From contig CABSCS010000004.1 of the NCBI GenBank assembly GCA_902476355.1, positions 10,085-74,084 of the forward strand: DNA of 64,000 nucleotides. The letters are read 5' to 3'. The translations under genes and the position numbers were made by a program. The DNA comes from an uncultured Eubacteriales bacterium (GTDB taxonomy: Bacteria > Bacillota > Clostridia > Christensenellales > UBA1242). Position 1 is the stretch's first letter. Each line of letters begins with the position of its first letter. The notes under the pieces are model-generated. The model was given only the letters and a program-made list of their open reading frames with translations, had not been told where the DNA came from and did no database searches. Positions 9,833 to 18,629 of this stretch are shown in pieces.

Positions 9833-11389
9833 ATGTATCTTGCTCTTTACAGAAAATATCGTCCACAAAATTTTGATGAAGTGATTGGTCAAGCCCACAT
9901 TATCCAAACTCTTGTAAACCAAATCAAGAATGACAAAATTGGACATGCCTATTTGTTTTGTGGAAGTCGTGGAACAGGAAAAACATCAACTGCAAAAATT
10001 TTTGCAAAAGCAATCAACTGTGAGCACCCTGTGAATGGTTCACCTTGCGGAAAGTGTGAAACATGCAAAGCGCTTGCAGGCAACAACATGGACATTTTGG
10101 AGATTGATGCTGCTTCAAACAATGGTGTTGATGAAATTCGTGATTTGCGCGAAAAGGTGAAATATCCTCCTGTTGCAGGAAAATATAAAGTTTATATCAT
10201 CGACGAGGTGCACATGCTTTCTCCAAGTGCGTTCAACGCACTTTTAAAAACATTGGAAGAGCCACCATCGCACGCTGTGTTCATTTTGGCAACAACCGAA
10301 GTTCACAAACTTCCAGCAACAATTTTGTCAAGATGTTTGCGCTTTGACTTTGGTTTGGTTTCGGTTGCAGACCTTTCAATGCTTTTGAAAAAGGTTTTCA
10401 AGAACGAGGGTATCAATGCCGAAGATTCTGCTGTCGAGGTGATTGCTCGTGCGGGTGAAGGAAGTGTTCGTGACACTCTTTCAATTGCGGATAGGTGCAT
10501 TTCATATTCGGGCGAAAACCTGACCTATAAAAGCGTTATGGAAGTTCTTGGAACAACCGAAAAAGATATGCTTTTGCAAATCTCTTCTGCGGTTTTGTCT
10601 GGAAATATGGGGCAAAGCATGATAGAACTTGACAAGGTTTTGTCGGGTGGAAAAAGTCCTCTTGTTTTGAGCAAAGATTTGATTTCATATTTCAGAGATC
10701 TCATGATCATTCAAACTCTTGGCGACAAAGCAAAAACAATGGTTGTTGCATCTCCTGAAACATTTGAAAAAATGAAAGAGCAAGCAACCGAAGAAGCATA
10801 TGCAAAAATTGTTTCACTTATCAGCAACCTCAGCGAAATTGAGGCAGAACTTCGTTATAGCATAAATCCAAGAATTGTTTTGGAAACTGCAATCATCAAA
10901 ACTCTTGCAGACGTAAGTTTGCTTGAAAAAGTAGAGAAACTTGAAAAAATGGTTTCTGGCGGTGGTTTCACAACTCTTCCTGCTAAAAATGCAGAAAACC
11001 GACCAGTTGTGACAGCAACTGCACCTCAAACCCAACAAAAAGTGCAAGAAAGCGTGCAAAAAGTTGAAAGACCAGTGCAAAACAGCGAAAATGCAAACAG
11101 TTTGCTTGGGCAATTGCTTTCATATCTTCGTGAAAACAAAGATATGGGCTTGCTTGCTGCAATCAGACAGGTTCAAAAGGTTGACCTTGAAAACAACAAT
11201 GCAACGTTCTATGTTGAAGATAAGCTTACTCTTGATTTGATTTCAAGAGAGAAAAACAAAGTTGTTCTTCGTGAGTTTTTTGACAACCTTGGGCTTTCAT
11301 ATTCTTTCAAAGTGAAAGAAGCAGTGGCAAAGGGAAATGTGAATGAACTTTCATCATATTTTGGCGGAAAACTTGAAGTTGACGAATAA
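9833..11389 (+). CDS. dnaX: DNA polymerase III subunit gamma/tau
   Basis: YRPQNFDEVIGQ, GSRGTGKTS Walker A, Zn module CGKCETC, IIDEVHMLS. Confidence 0.95.
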   Translation: MYLALYRKYRPQNFDEVIGQAHIIQTLVNQIKNDKIGHAYLFCGSRGTGKTSTAKIFAKAINCEHPVNGSPCGKCETCKALAGNNMDILEIDAASNNGVDEIRDLREKVKYPPVAGKYKVYIIDEVHMLSPSAFNALLKTLEEPPSHAVFILATTEVHKLPATILSRCLRFDFGLVSVADLSMLLKKVFKNEGINAEDSAVEVIARAGEGSVRDTLSIADRCISYSGENLTYKSVMEVLGTTEKDMLLQISSAVLSGNMGQSMIELDKVLSGGKSPLVLSKDLISYFRDLMIIQTLGDKAKTMVVASPETFEKMKEQATEEAYAKIVSLISNLSEIEAELRYSINPRIVLETAIIKTLADVSLLEKVEKLEKMVSGGGFTTLPAKNAENRPVVTATAPQTQQKVQESVQKVERPVQNSENANSLLGQLLSYLRENKDMGLLAAIRQVQKVDLENNNATFYVEDKLTLDLISREKNKVVLREFFDNLGLSYSFKVKEAVAKGNVNELSSYFGGKLEVDE

Positions 11390-11444
11390 TGTTTGACTTG
11401 AAAGAATTTTAAAATTATAATAAACAAAATTAAAGGAGAATTAT

Positions 11445-11771
11445 ATGGGAAAATTTGGTGGATTTATGGGCGGAGGAAACAACAACATGCAAGCCCTTAT
11501 GCGTCAAGCACAAAAAATGCAAGAAGAAGCAATGAGAGCAAGTCAAGAAGTTGATGAAGCCGAAGTTGAAGGTCAAGCAAGTGGTGGTCTTGTGAAAGTT
11601 ACTTTGAAAGGAAACAAAACCCCAGTTGCAGTTAGCATTGACCCTTCTGTTGTTGATCCAGACGATGTTGAAATGCTTGAAGACCTTGTTCTTGCAGCGT
11701 TCAATGATGCATCAAGCAAAGCAGATGCTTTAAAACAAGAAAAACTTGGAAGATTTGGGGGAATGATGTAG
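11445..11771 (+). CDS. ybaB: nucleoid-associated protein YbaB/EbfC
   Basis: MQALMRQAQKMQEE...GGLVKVTLKGN...D..MLEDLV..A.N, sitting between dnaX and recR. Confidence 0.9.
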   Translation: MGKFGGFMGGGNNNMQALMRQAQKMQEEAMRASQEVDEAEVEGQASGGLVKVTLKGNKTPVAVSIDPSVVDPDDVEMLEDLVLAAFNDASSKADALKQEKLGRFGGMM

Positions 11772-11772
11772 G

Positions 11773-12369
11773 ATGGAACTTTCAAACATTGAAAGCCTTG
11801 ACCGTCTTACAAACGAGTTCAGCAAACTTCCTGGGGTTGGAAAAAAGACTGCGGGAAGATATGCCTATTATATCGTTACTGGCTCAAAAGAAAATGCAGA
11901 AAGTTTTGCAAACGCAATTTTAGATGCAAAAAATCAAGTTCGTTTTTGCAAAAACTGTGGAAACTTTGCCGATTCAGACATTTGTCCAATTTGCAAAACT
12001 CGAAGCGAACAAACAATTTGCGTTGTGAAAGAACCAAAAGATGTCATGGCAATTGAAAAAGCACATTCATATAATGGTTCATATCATGTTTTGCACGGAA
12101 CAATAAACCCACTTGCAAACATTGCACCAAAAGACATTAAAATTGCAGAACTCATTGAAAGAATTGCAAAAGGAAACACCAAAGAGGTTATCCTTGCAAC
12201 CAGCCCAGACGTAGAGGGCGAGGCAACTGCAATGTACATTGCAACTCTTGTAAAGCCATATGGCGTTAAAGTTTCAAGAATTGCACAAGGTCTTTCTGCG
12301 GGAACTCAACTTGAATTTGCCGACGAAGTAACTCTTTCAAAGGCACTTCGAGAAAGACGCGAAATTTAG
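11773..12369 (+). CDS. recR: recombination protein RecR
   Basis: LPGVGKKTA, Zn finger C..CGN....C.IC, Toprim ICVVKEPKDV...ATSPDVEGEATA. Confidence 0.95.
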   Translation: MELSNIESLDRLTNEFSKLPGVGKKTAGRYAYYIVTGSKENAESFANAILDAKNQVRFCKNCGNFADSDICPICKTRSEQTICVVKEPKDVMAIEKAHSYNGSYHVLHGTINPLANIAPKDIKIAELIERIAKGNTKEVILATSPDVEGEATAMYIATLVKPYGVKVSRIAQGLSAGTQLEFADEVTLSKALRERREI

Positions 12370-12470
12370 AAAAAATCAACATCAATTTTTTATTGGTGTT
12401 GTTTTTATTTTGCTTTAAAAAAGATGCAATATTTTTTGCAGTGTGATAAAATAGTTTCGAGGTGAAAGAA

Positions 12471-13178
12471 ATGACAATTTTTTTGACAAGTATTGTTCCA
12501 TTTTATAAAAAGGGAATATTCGGAATAAAAAGACCTGCAAAACTTGACAACACAAACAATTTTTCAGACAACCTTGTTTCAAGTTTAAAAAACACAAACC
12601 GTTTTGTTATGATTGCAAACGACCCAGAGGCGTTTTTGGAAAATGACAAACGCGCAAAAATGATGAAAAAATCTTTTGCGAAAACTGGCATAAAGTTTAA
12701 AGAAACAATTGTGCTTGACAAAAGAAAACAAGACAAGGCAAAAGACATTGTTTCAGGTGCCGACCTTGTTGTTCTTTGTGGTGGAGAGTGTCTTCGCGAA
12801 CTCAAATTTTTCGAAAGCATAAATCTTGCAGAACTTCTTTCAGATTTCAAAGGCGTGATTATTGGAATTTCTGCGGGTGCCATGAATCTTGGAAAAATTG
12901 TTGCAAACTTTCCAGAAGATGAAATGGGAAAAGATGAACCAAGATGGCTTGAAGGGCTGGGGCTTTATTCGGGCATTTTGATTCCACACTTTGATGGTGT
13001 TTTTTATCAGTTTGAACTTGAATTTGATACTGTTCAAGAATATATTTTGCCAATGTCAGAGTGGCATGATTTTGTTGCCATTCCAAACCTTTCATATATT
13101 TTGATAAATGAAAATGGCGAAAAAATTTATGGCGACGCATTCAAAATTTCAAAAAGAGTTGTCACAAAAATCAACTAA
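12471..13178 (+). CDS. peptidase S51 (dipeptidase E)-like protein
   Basis: DLVVLCGGEC...GISAGAMNLG...IPHFD pattern. Start set at the ATG after the GAGGTG RBS. Confidence 0.55.
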   Translation: MTIFLTSIVPFYKKGIFGIKRPAKLDNTNNFSDNLVSSLKNTNRFVMIANDPEAFLENDKRAKMMKKSFAKTGIKFKETIVLDKRKQDKAKDIVSGADLVVLCGGECLRELKFFESINLAELLSDFKGVIIGISAGAMNLGKIVANFPEDEMGKDEPRWLEGLGLYSGILIPHFDGVFYQFELEFDTVQEYILPMSEWHDFVAIPNLSYILINENGEKIYGDAFKISKRVVTKIN

Positions 13179-13293
13179 AAAATCAAATATTGATAAATAA
13201 TATATAATATAAAATACTTTATTTATAGCGTTAAAAAAAAGACAAAAGCAAATTCTTGCAAAAGGCTTAAAGCGCAAAATCGGCGTTTTGTGG

Positions 13294-13322
13294 TTGACAG
13301 ATTTGCATTTTGATGCTATAAT
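13294..13322 (+). promoter_or_regulatory. consensus sigma-A promoter for the aspS-gatCAB leader
   Basis: TTGACA (13294-13299), 17-nt spacer, TATAAT (13317-13322). Confidence 0.65.
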
Positions 13323-13349
13323 AAAGAAAATCAAAAAAGGAGCAATATT

Positions 13350-13442
13350 ATGTTTACATTCGCAGTTCTTGCTAACAACAATAACAATAATAACGCAAAC
13401 ACATTAAACATAATGGGTTCCTTTTCTATTGTTAGAAACTAG
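13350..13442 (+). CDS. candidate Asn-rich leader peptide (30 aa)
   Basis: AAAGGAG RBS then ATG. Sequence MFTFAVLANNNNNNNANTLNIMGSFSIVRN*. 10 of 30 codons are Asn, 7 of them consecutive. Too short for the ORF track. Confidence 0.5.
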   Translation: MFTFAVLANNNNNNNANTLNIMGSFSIVRN

Positions 13443-13465
13443 TTGGCATAATAAAAATAAATGGC

Positions 13466-13502
13466 AAAGAGTGGAAAGGTTTAACCCTTCCACTCTTTTT
13501 TT
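13466..13502 (+). terminator. intrinsic terminator / candidate attenuator upstream of aspS
   Basis: AAAGAGTGGAAAGG-loop-CCCTTCCACTCTTT (11 bp, one mismatch, then 2 bp) followed by T7, located 139 nt upstream of the aspS ATG. Confidence 0.7.
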
Positions 13503-13640
13503 ATCAGGAGAAAAATCATGAAACTTTATAAATCAAAAACAAATGCCCGTTTGGGCAAATAATTTTAAACATAAAAAAATAATTTCAAACAAAATATAGT
13601 CAAATTTTAAAATATAATCAAAATTTAGGAGAAAATAAAA

Positions 13641-15374
13641 ATGTATAGAACAATAACATGCAAAGAACTTGACGAGTCTTATATTGGAAAAACCGTTCAA
13701 GTTGCAGGGTGGGTGAAGGTTGTTCGTGACCACGGCGGAATTGTATTTATCGACCTTCGCGACAAATATGGGTTTGTGCAACTTAAAACCTATGACGACA
13801 GTTTGCTTGTTTCGCTTTCAAAAGAAAGTGTAATCAGCGTTACAGGAACTGTTCAAAAACGTGATGAAGACACGATTGATGAAAAATCAAAACTTGGAAC
13901 AATTGAAATTTTAATTGAAAAAATGGAGGTTCTTTCAAGAGCAAAACACATGCTTCCTTTCGAAATTGAAGAAAGCCGAAAAACAAGCGAAGATATTCGT
14001 TTGAAATATCGCTATCTTGACCTTCGAAGCAGTGAAATGCAAAGAAAAATCAAACTTCGCAGTGATGTTCTTTATGACATGAGAACAATCATGCGTGAAA
14101 AAGGATTTGAAGAAATTCAAACTCCAATTCTGTCAGTTTCAAGCCCCGAGGGGGCAAGAGACTATTTGGTGCCAAGCAGAGTTCATAAAGGCAAATTTTA
14201 TGCACTTCCACAAGCACCACAACAATATAAACAACTTTTGATGTGTGCAGGCTTTGATAAATATTTTCAAATTGCACCATGTTTCAGAGATGAAGATGCA
14301 AGAGCCGACCGTTCTCCTGGAGAGTTTTATCAACTTGACATGGAAATGAGTTTTGCAACGCAAGAAGATGTTTTTGCGGTTTGTGAAGACCTTCTTTATC
14401 AAATCTTTTCTAAATATGGAACAAAGAAAATGCCAGACAAGCACTTTGTGAAAATTCCATATAAAGAGGCGCTAATCAAATATGGAAGCGACAAGCCAGA
14501 CCTTCGCATTAAAATTGAAATGCAAAGTTTGGACAAAATTTTCGAGAAAACCGAGTTTTCTGCTTTCCGCGGAAAAACAATTGAAGGATTTTCTGTTCAT
14601 GCTGATGGACAACCTCGTTCGTTTTATGATAAACTTACAGAAGAGATATTATCTCTTGGAGGAAAAGGTCTTGCGTGGGTTCGTGTTTTGGACGACGGCT
14701 CACTTAAAGGCCCAATTGTAAAATTCATTTCAGAAGAAGAGTGCGAAATGCTCAAAAAAGCAACAAAAGCACAAGTTGGTGACGACATTTTTGTTATTGC
14801 AGACGACAGCGCGAAAAAGTGTTTTATGCTTGCATCAACACTTCGAACAAGAGTTGGCGAAGCACTTCATCTTAAAGATGACAGCGAATATAAGTTCTGC
14901 TGGATTGTGGACTTTCCGATGTATGAAAAAGACGAAGACTCTGGTGAAATTGGATTTTGTCACAACCCTTTCAGCCTTCCACAAGGCGGGCTTAAATCAC
15001 TTGAAGAAAAAGACCCTCTTGAAATATTAGCATATCAATATGACGTTGTTGTTGATGGTGTTGAACTTTCAAGTGGTGCCGTTAGAAGCACAGACGAAAA
15101 AACAATGCTCAAAGCGTTTGAAATTGCAGGATATTCTGCCGAAGAAGTTGAAAGAAAGTTTGGTGCGCTTTACACCGCTTTCCAATATGGTGCTCCGCCA
15201 CACGCAGGAATTGCCCCTGGCGTAGACCGCATTTTGATGCTTCTTCTTGGCGAAACAAGCATCAGAGAAGTTATCGCTTTTCCAATGAGTTCAAAAGCAC
15301 AAGATTTGATGATGGGCGCTCCAAGCATCGTAACCGAAGAACAACTTCGTGAGATTCACATTAAAATTAGATAG
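13641..15374 (+). CDS. aspS: aspartate--tRNA ligase (probably non-discriminating, given the linked gatCAB)
   Basis: Class II aaRS motifs: FIDLRD, QSPQ-like LPQAPQQYKQLL, FRDED.RADR, GGLDRI-like APGVDRILM. Confidence 0.95.
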   Translation: MYRTITCKELDESYIGKTVQVAGWVKVVRDHGGIVFIDLRDKYGFVQLKTYDDSLLVSLSKESVISVTGTVQKRDEDTIDEKSKLGTIEILIEKMEVLSRAKHMLPFEIEESRKTSEDIRLKYRYLDLRSSEMQRKIKLRSDVLYDMRTIMREKGFEEIQTPILSVSSPEGARDYLVPSRVHKGKFYALPQAPQQYKQLLMCAGFDKYFQIAPCFRDEDARADRSPGEFYQLDMEMSFATQEDVFAVCEDLLYQIFSKYGTKKMPDKHFVKIPYKEALIKYGSDKPDLRIKIEMQSLDKIFEKTEFSAFRGKTIEGFSVHADGQPRSFYDKLTEEILSLGGKGLAWVRVLDDGSLKGPIVKFISEEECEMLKKATKAQVGDDIFVIADDSAKKCFMLASTLRTRVGEALHLKDDSEYKFCWIVDFPMYEKDEDSGEIGFCHNPFSLPQGGLKSLEEKDPLEILAYQYDVVVDGVELSSGAVRSTDEKTMLKAFEIAGYSAEEVERKFGALYTAFQYGAPPHAGIAPGVDRILMLLLGETSIREVIAFPMSSKAQDLMMGAPSIVTEEQLREIHIKIR

Positions 15375-15385
15375 GAGAAAAGAAA

Positions 15386-15652
15386 ATGCAAATTGACATT
15401 AAACATCTTGAAAGTTTAAGCAAACTTGAATTTGATGAGAGCAAAGAAAAACAATTTGAAAAAGACCTTGAAAAGATTTTGGATTTCGTTGATGAAATCA
15501 CAAAACTAAATCTTCCAAAAGAAGACAAGTCAAAAGCCATGTCAATCTCTGCTCTTCGTGAAGATGAACCAGCAGTGGGTGATTTTGACCCTCTTTCTAA
15601 CGCTCCGGACAAAAAGGATGGGTGCTATAAAGTGCCATTGGTGGTGGAATAA
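15386..15652 (+). CDS. gatC: Asp/Glu-tRNA amidotransferase subunit C
   Basis: 88 aa, LSKLEFDESK...LREDE, immediately upstream of gatA. Confidence 0.9.
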   Translation: MQIDIKHLESLSKLEFDESKEKQFEKDLEKILDFVDEITKLNLPKEDKSKAMSISALREDEPAVGDFDPLSNAPDKKDGCYKVPLVVE

Positions 15653-17055
15653 TGGACTTTTTAAAAATGAGCATAAAACAAATTTCAGATGGCGTGAAAA
15701 AACAAGATTTTTCAGCCGAAGAAGTTGTGAAATTTTTTATTGACAGAATTGAAAAATACAAGGAATATAATGCCATTATCGAGGTTTTTGATGATGCAGA
15801 GCAAAAGGCAAAAGCGATTGATGAAAAAATCAAAAGTGGCGAAAAACTTGGAGAGATGGCGGGCGTTCCTGTCATCTTGAAAGACAACATTTTATATTTG
15901 GGGCACAAAATGAGTGTTGCAAGTGCATTCATGAAAGATTATGTTGCTCCGTACAGTGCAACAATTGTGAAAAAACTTAAAAAAGCGGGCGCAGTTATCA
16001 TTGCTCGTGCAAACATGGACGAATTTGCAATGGGTGGAAGCACTGAAAACAGTGTTTATGGCGTAACACTGAACTCAAAAGACAAAACTCGTGTTGCGGG
16101 TGGTTCTTCTGGTGGAAGTGCGACTGCGGTTGCTTTGGGGCTTGCTCCTGTTGCAATTGGAACAGATACTGGTGGTTCTATTCGTCAACCAAGTTCTTTT
16201 AACGGCACTGTTGGAATAAAACCAACCTATGGCACTGTGTCAAGATATGGCATTGTTGCGTTTGCGTCTTCAACCGACCAAGCATCACCAATCACAAGGA
16301 CAATTGAGGATAACGAACTTGTTTTGAAAATCATGGCGGGCAAAGACCAGTTTGACCAAACATCAATTGAAAACGATTTTGGAGTGGCAAAGAAAACTTA
16401 TACCATTGGGCTTTGCAAAGAATTGATGGACAAAATCCAAAAACTTGAACAATATCCACTTTTTGAAAAGAAGATTAAAGATTTTGAAAAGGCAGGATTT
16501 ATCATTAAACAAGTCAGTGTTCCACACATTGCAAGCAGTCTTGCGTGCTACTATGTTTTAACCCCTGCCGAGGCAACAAGCAACCTTGCAAGATTTGACG
16601 GAGTGAAATATACAACTCGTGCAAAAGATGCAAAAACAATTGATGAAATTTTAATAAAAAGCCGAAGCCAAGGTTTTGGTGACGAAGTGAAAAGAAGAAT
16701 CATACTTGGAAACTTTGTTTTGTCAAGCGGATATTTTGATGCCTACTATAAAAAGGCAAAGGAACTTCAACAACTTTTGAAAAAAGAGTTTGCAAAGGCG
16801 TTTGAAGAGTGCGATGTGATCATAACTCCAACAACCCCAGACGTGGCTTTCAAAATTGGAGAAAAAAGCAAAGACCCAATCAGCATGTATCTTGAAGACT
16901 TGTTCACGGTTCCTGCATCAATTTCTGGAATACCAGCAATAAGTGTTCCATATGCAGAAAAACAGGGTTTGCCTCTTGGCATGCAAATCATTGGAAAAGA
17001 AAAGTCGGAAAGTGTTTTATATGACATTGCAAAATGTATCATGGAGGAAAAATAA
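15652..17055 (+). CDS. gatA: Asp/Glu-tRNA amidotransferase subunit A
   Basis: Amidase signature GGSSGGSATAVA...GTDTGGSIRQPSSF. Confidence 0.95.
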   Translation: MDFLKMSIKQISDGVKKQDFSAEEVVKFFIDRIEKYKEYNAIIEVFDDAEQKAKAIDEKIKSGEKLGEMAGVPVILKDNILYLGHKMSVASAFMKDYVAPYSATIVKKLKKAGAVIIARANMDEFAMGGSTENSVYGVTLNSKDKTRVAGGSSGGSATAVALGLAPVAIGTDTGGSIRQPSSFNGTVGIKPTYGTVSRYGIVAFASSTDQASPITRTIEDNELVLKIMAGKDQFDQTSIENDFGVAKKTYTIGLCKELMDKIQKLEQYPLFEKKIKDFEKAGFIIKQVSVPHIASSLACYYVLTPAEATSNLARFDGVKYTTRAKDAKTIDEILIKSRSQGFGDEVKRRIILGNFVLSSGYFDAYYKKAKELQQLLKKEFAKAFEECDVIITPTTPDVAFKIGEKSKDPISMYLEDLFTVPASISGIPAISVPYAEKQGLPLGMQIIGKEKSESVLYDIAKCIMEEK

Positions 17056-18461
17056 TGGAATTTGATGTTGTAATCGGGCTTGAAATTCATGCCGAACTTA
17101 AAACAAAAACCAAAGTTTTTTGCTCTTGTAAAAACGAATTTGGTGCAAAGCCAAACACAAACACTTGTCCAATTTGCACAGGTGCACCGGGTGCTTTGCC
17201 AATTTTAAACAAAAAAGCAGTTGAACTTTGCATCAAGGCGGGGCTTTGTTTTGGTTGTAAAATCAACAACTATGCCGTGATGGAAAGAAAAAACTATTTC
17301 TATCCAGACCTTTCAAAAGCCTATCAAATTTCGCAAATGGTTCACCCAATTTGCCTTGGTGGAAAAGTGGTTTTGGACAGCGGAAAAGAAATGCTTTTGA
17401 ACCGCATTCACCTTGAAGAAGATGCCGGAAAACTTGTTCACGTTTCAAAAGCGGTTGGAACACTTATCGACTATAACCGTGGCGGAACCCCTCTCATTGA
17501 AATTGTAACCGAACCTGTGTTTTCATGTGCAGAAGAGGTTGATGAGTTTTTGAAAAAAGTTCGTGAAACTTTGATTTTTGCAGATGTTGCAAACTGCAAA
17601 ATGGAACAAGGAGGAATGAGGTGCGATGTGAACTTGTCGCTTAAACCAAAGGGCTCAAACGTTCTTGGAACACGAACCGAAATGAAAAACCTTAACTCTT
17701 TTAAAAGTGTTTCGCGTGCCATTTTATATGAGATTGAAAGACAAAAAGATGTTCTTTCTCACGGCGGAACCATATATCAAGAAACTCGAAAATGGGATGA
17801 CTCTCTTGGTGAAAACTTCACAATGCGAACAAAAGAAGAAGCCCAAGACTATCGCTATTTTCCAGACCCAGACATTTTGCCTTTCACAATTTCAGATGAA
17901 GATGTTTCTCGCATTAAAAACGAAATTCCAGCCTTGCCACAAGCAAGAAGAGAAAAATATGTTTCAGAATATGGAATTTCTAAAATTGACAGCGAACATT
18001 TAACAGACAGTAAATATGTTTCGGACTATTTTGAAAAATGTGTTTCACTTTTTGACAAGCCAAAGAAAATCAGCAACTGGATTTTGACAGATTTGTTCCG
18101 TCTTGTGAAAGATGAAAAAAGTTTTGTTTTCCCAGTTTCAGAAGAAGAGTTGGTTTTAATTATAAAAATGGTTGAAGATGGAAAACTTACAAAAACAAAC
18201 GGGCTTGTTGTTTTGGACGAAACCATAAAAACTCACAAAAATCCAGAAGAAATTGCAAAAGAAAAGAATCTCATTTCTATTATTTCAGAAGAAGACATCA
18301 AAAAGATTTTGGAAAGATTTAAAGCCGAAAATCCAAAAGCAGTTGAAGACTTTAAAAAAGACCCAAAGGTTACGAGTTTTATTATTGGTTATGTAATGAA
18401 AAACACACAAGGCAAAGCAAACGGAACTCTTGTTCGCGATTTGATTTCAAAAATGTTTTAA
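17055..18461 (+). CDS. gatB: Asp/Glu-tRNA amidotransferase subunit B
   Basis: MEFDVVIGLEIHAEL...RKNYFYPDL...LEEDAGK. The ATG overlaps the gatA TAA (TAATG). Confidence 0.95.
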   Translation: MEFDVVIGLEIHAELKTKTKVFCSCKNEFGAKPNTNTCPICTGAPGALPILNKKAVELCIKAGLCFGCKINNYAVMERKNYFYPDLSKAYQISQMVHPICLGGKVVLDSGKEMLLNRIHLEEDAGKLVHVSKAVGTLIDYNRGGTPLIEIVTEPVFSCAEEVDEFLKKVRETLIFADVANCKMEQGGMRCDVNLSLKPKGSNVLGTRTEMKNLNSFKSVSRAILYEIERQKDVLSHGGTIYQETRKWDDSLGENFTMRTKEEAQDYRYFPDPDILPFTISDEDVSRIKNEIPALPQARREKYVSEYGISKIDSEHLTDSKYVSDYFEKCVSLFDKPKKISNWILTDLFRLVKDEKSFVFPVSEEELVLIIKMVEDGKLTKTNGLVVLDETIKTHKNPEEIAKEKNLISIISEEDIKKILERFKAENPKAVEDFKKDPKVTSFIIGYVMKNTQGKANGTLVRDLISKMF

Positions 18462-18472
18462 ACTTTCAAATA

Positions 18473-18502
18473 AAAAAATCATGCAATTTTGCATGATTTT
18501 TT
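18473..18502 (+). terminator. intrinsic terminator after gatB
   Basis: AAAAAATCATGCAA/TTGCATGATTTTTT hairpin plus T run. Confidence 0.75.
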
Positions 18503-18629
18503 CTTTGTTTATGGGTTTGTTTTATATGTTTTGCGTTTTTTAATATAGATTTATGTTTTTATGTTGATATATTGTTTTAAAAACTGCAAAAACGGTTATT
18601 TTTGTGCGGTTTTTGTGTGAAATTTTGCA

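Noticed and set aside
9833-11389. Programmed -1 frameshift in dnaX (gamma versus tau)
   Set aside because: The A-rich sites I saw (G AAA AAG near 10385, GAA AAA ATG near 10770) are not in the X XXY YYZ register or at the expected position. I found no supporting downstream hairpin and did not pursue it.
13179-13640. T-box riboswitch upstream of aspS
   Set aside because: This was my first expectation for a Firmicutes aaRS operon. I found no T-box consensus (AANNNGGGTGGNACCGCG-like) or specifier-loop architecture, and only about 320 nt is available. The leader-peptide model fits better.
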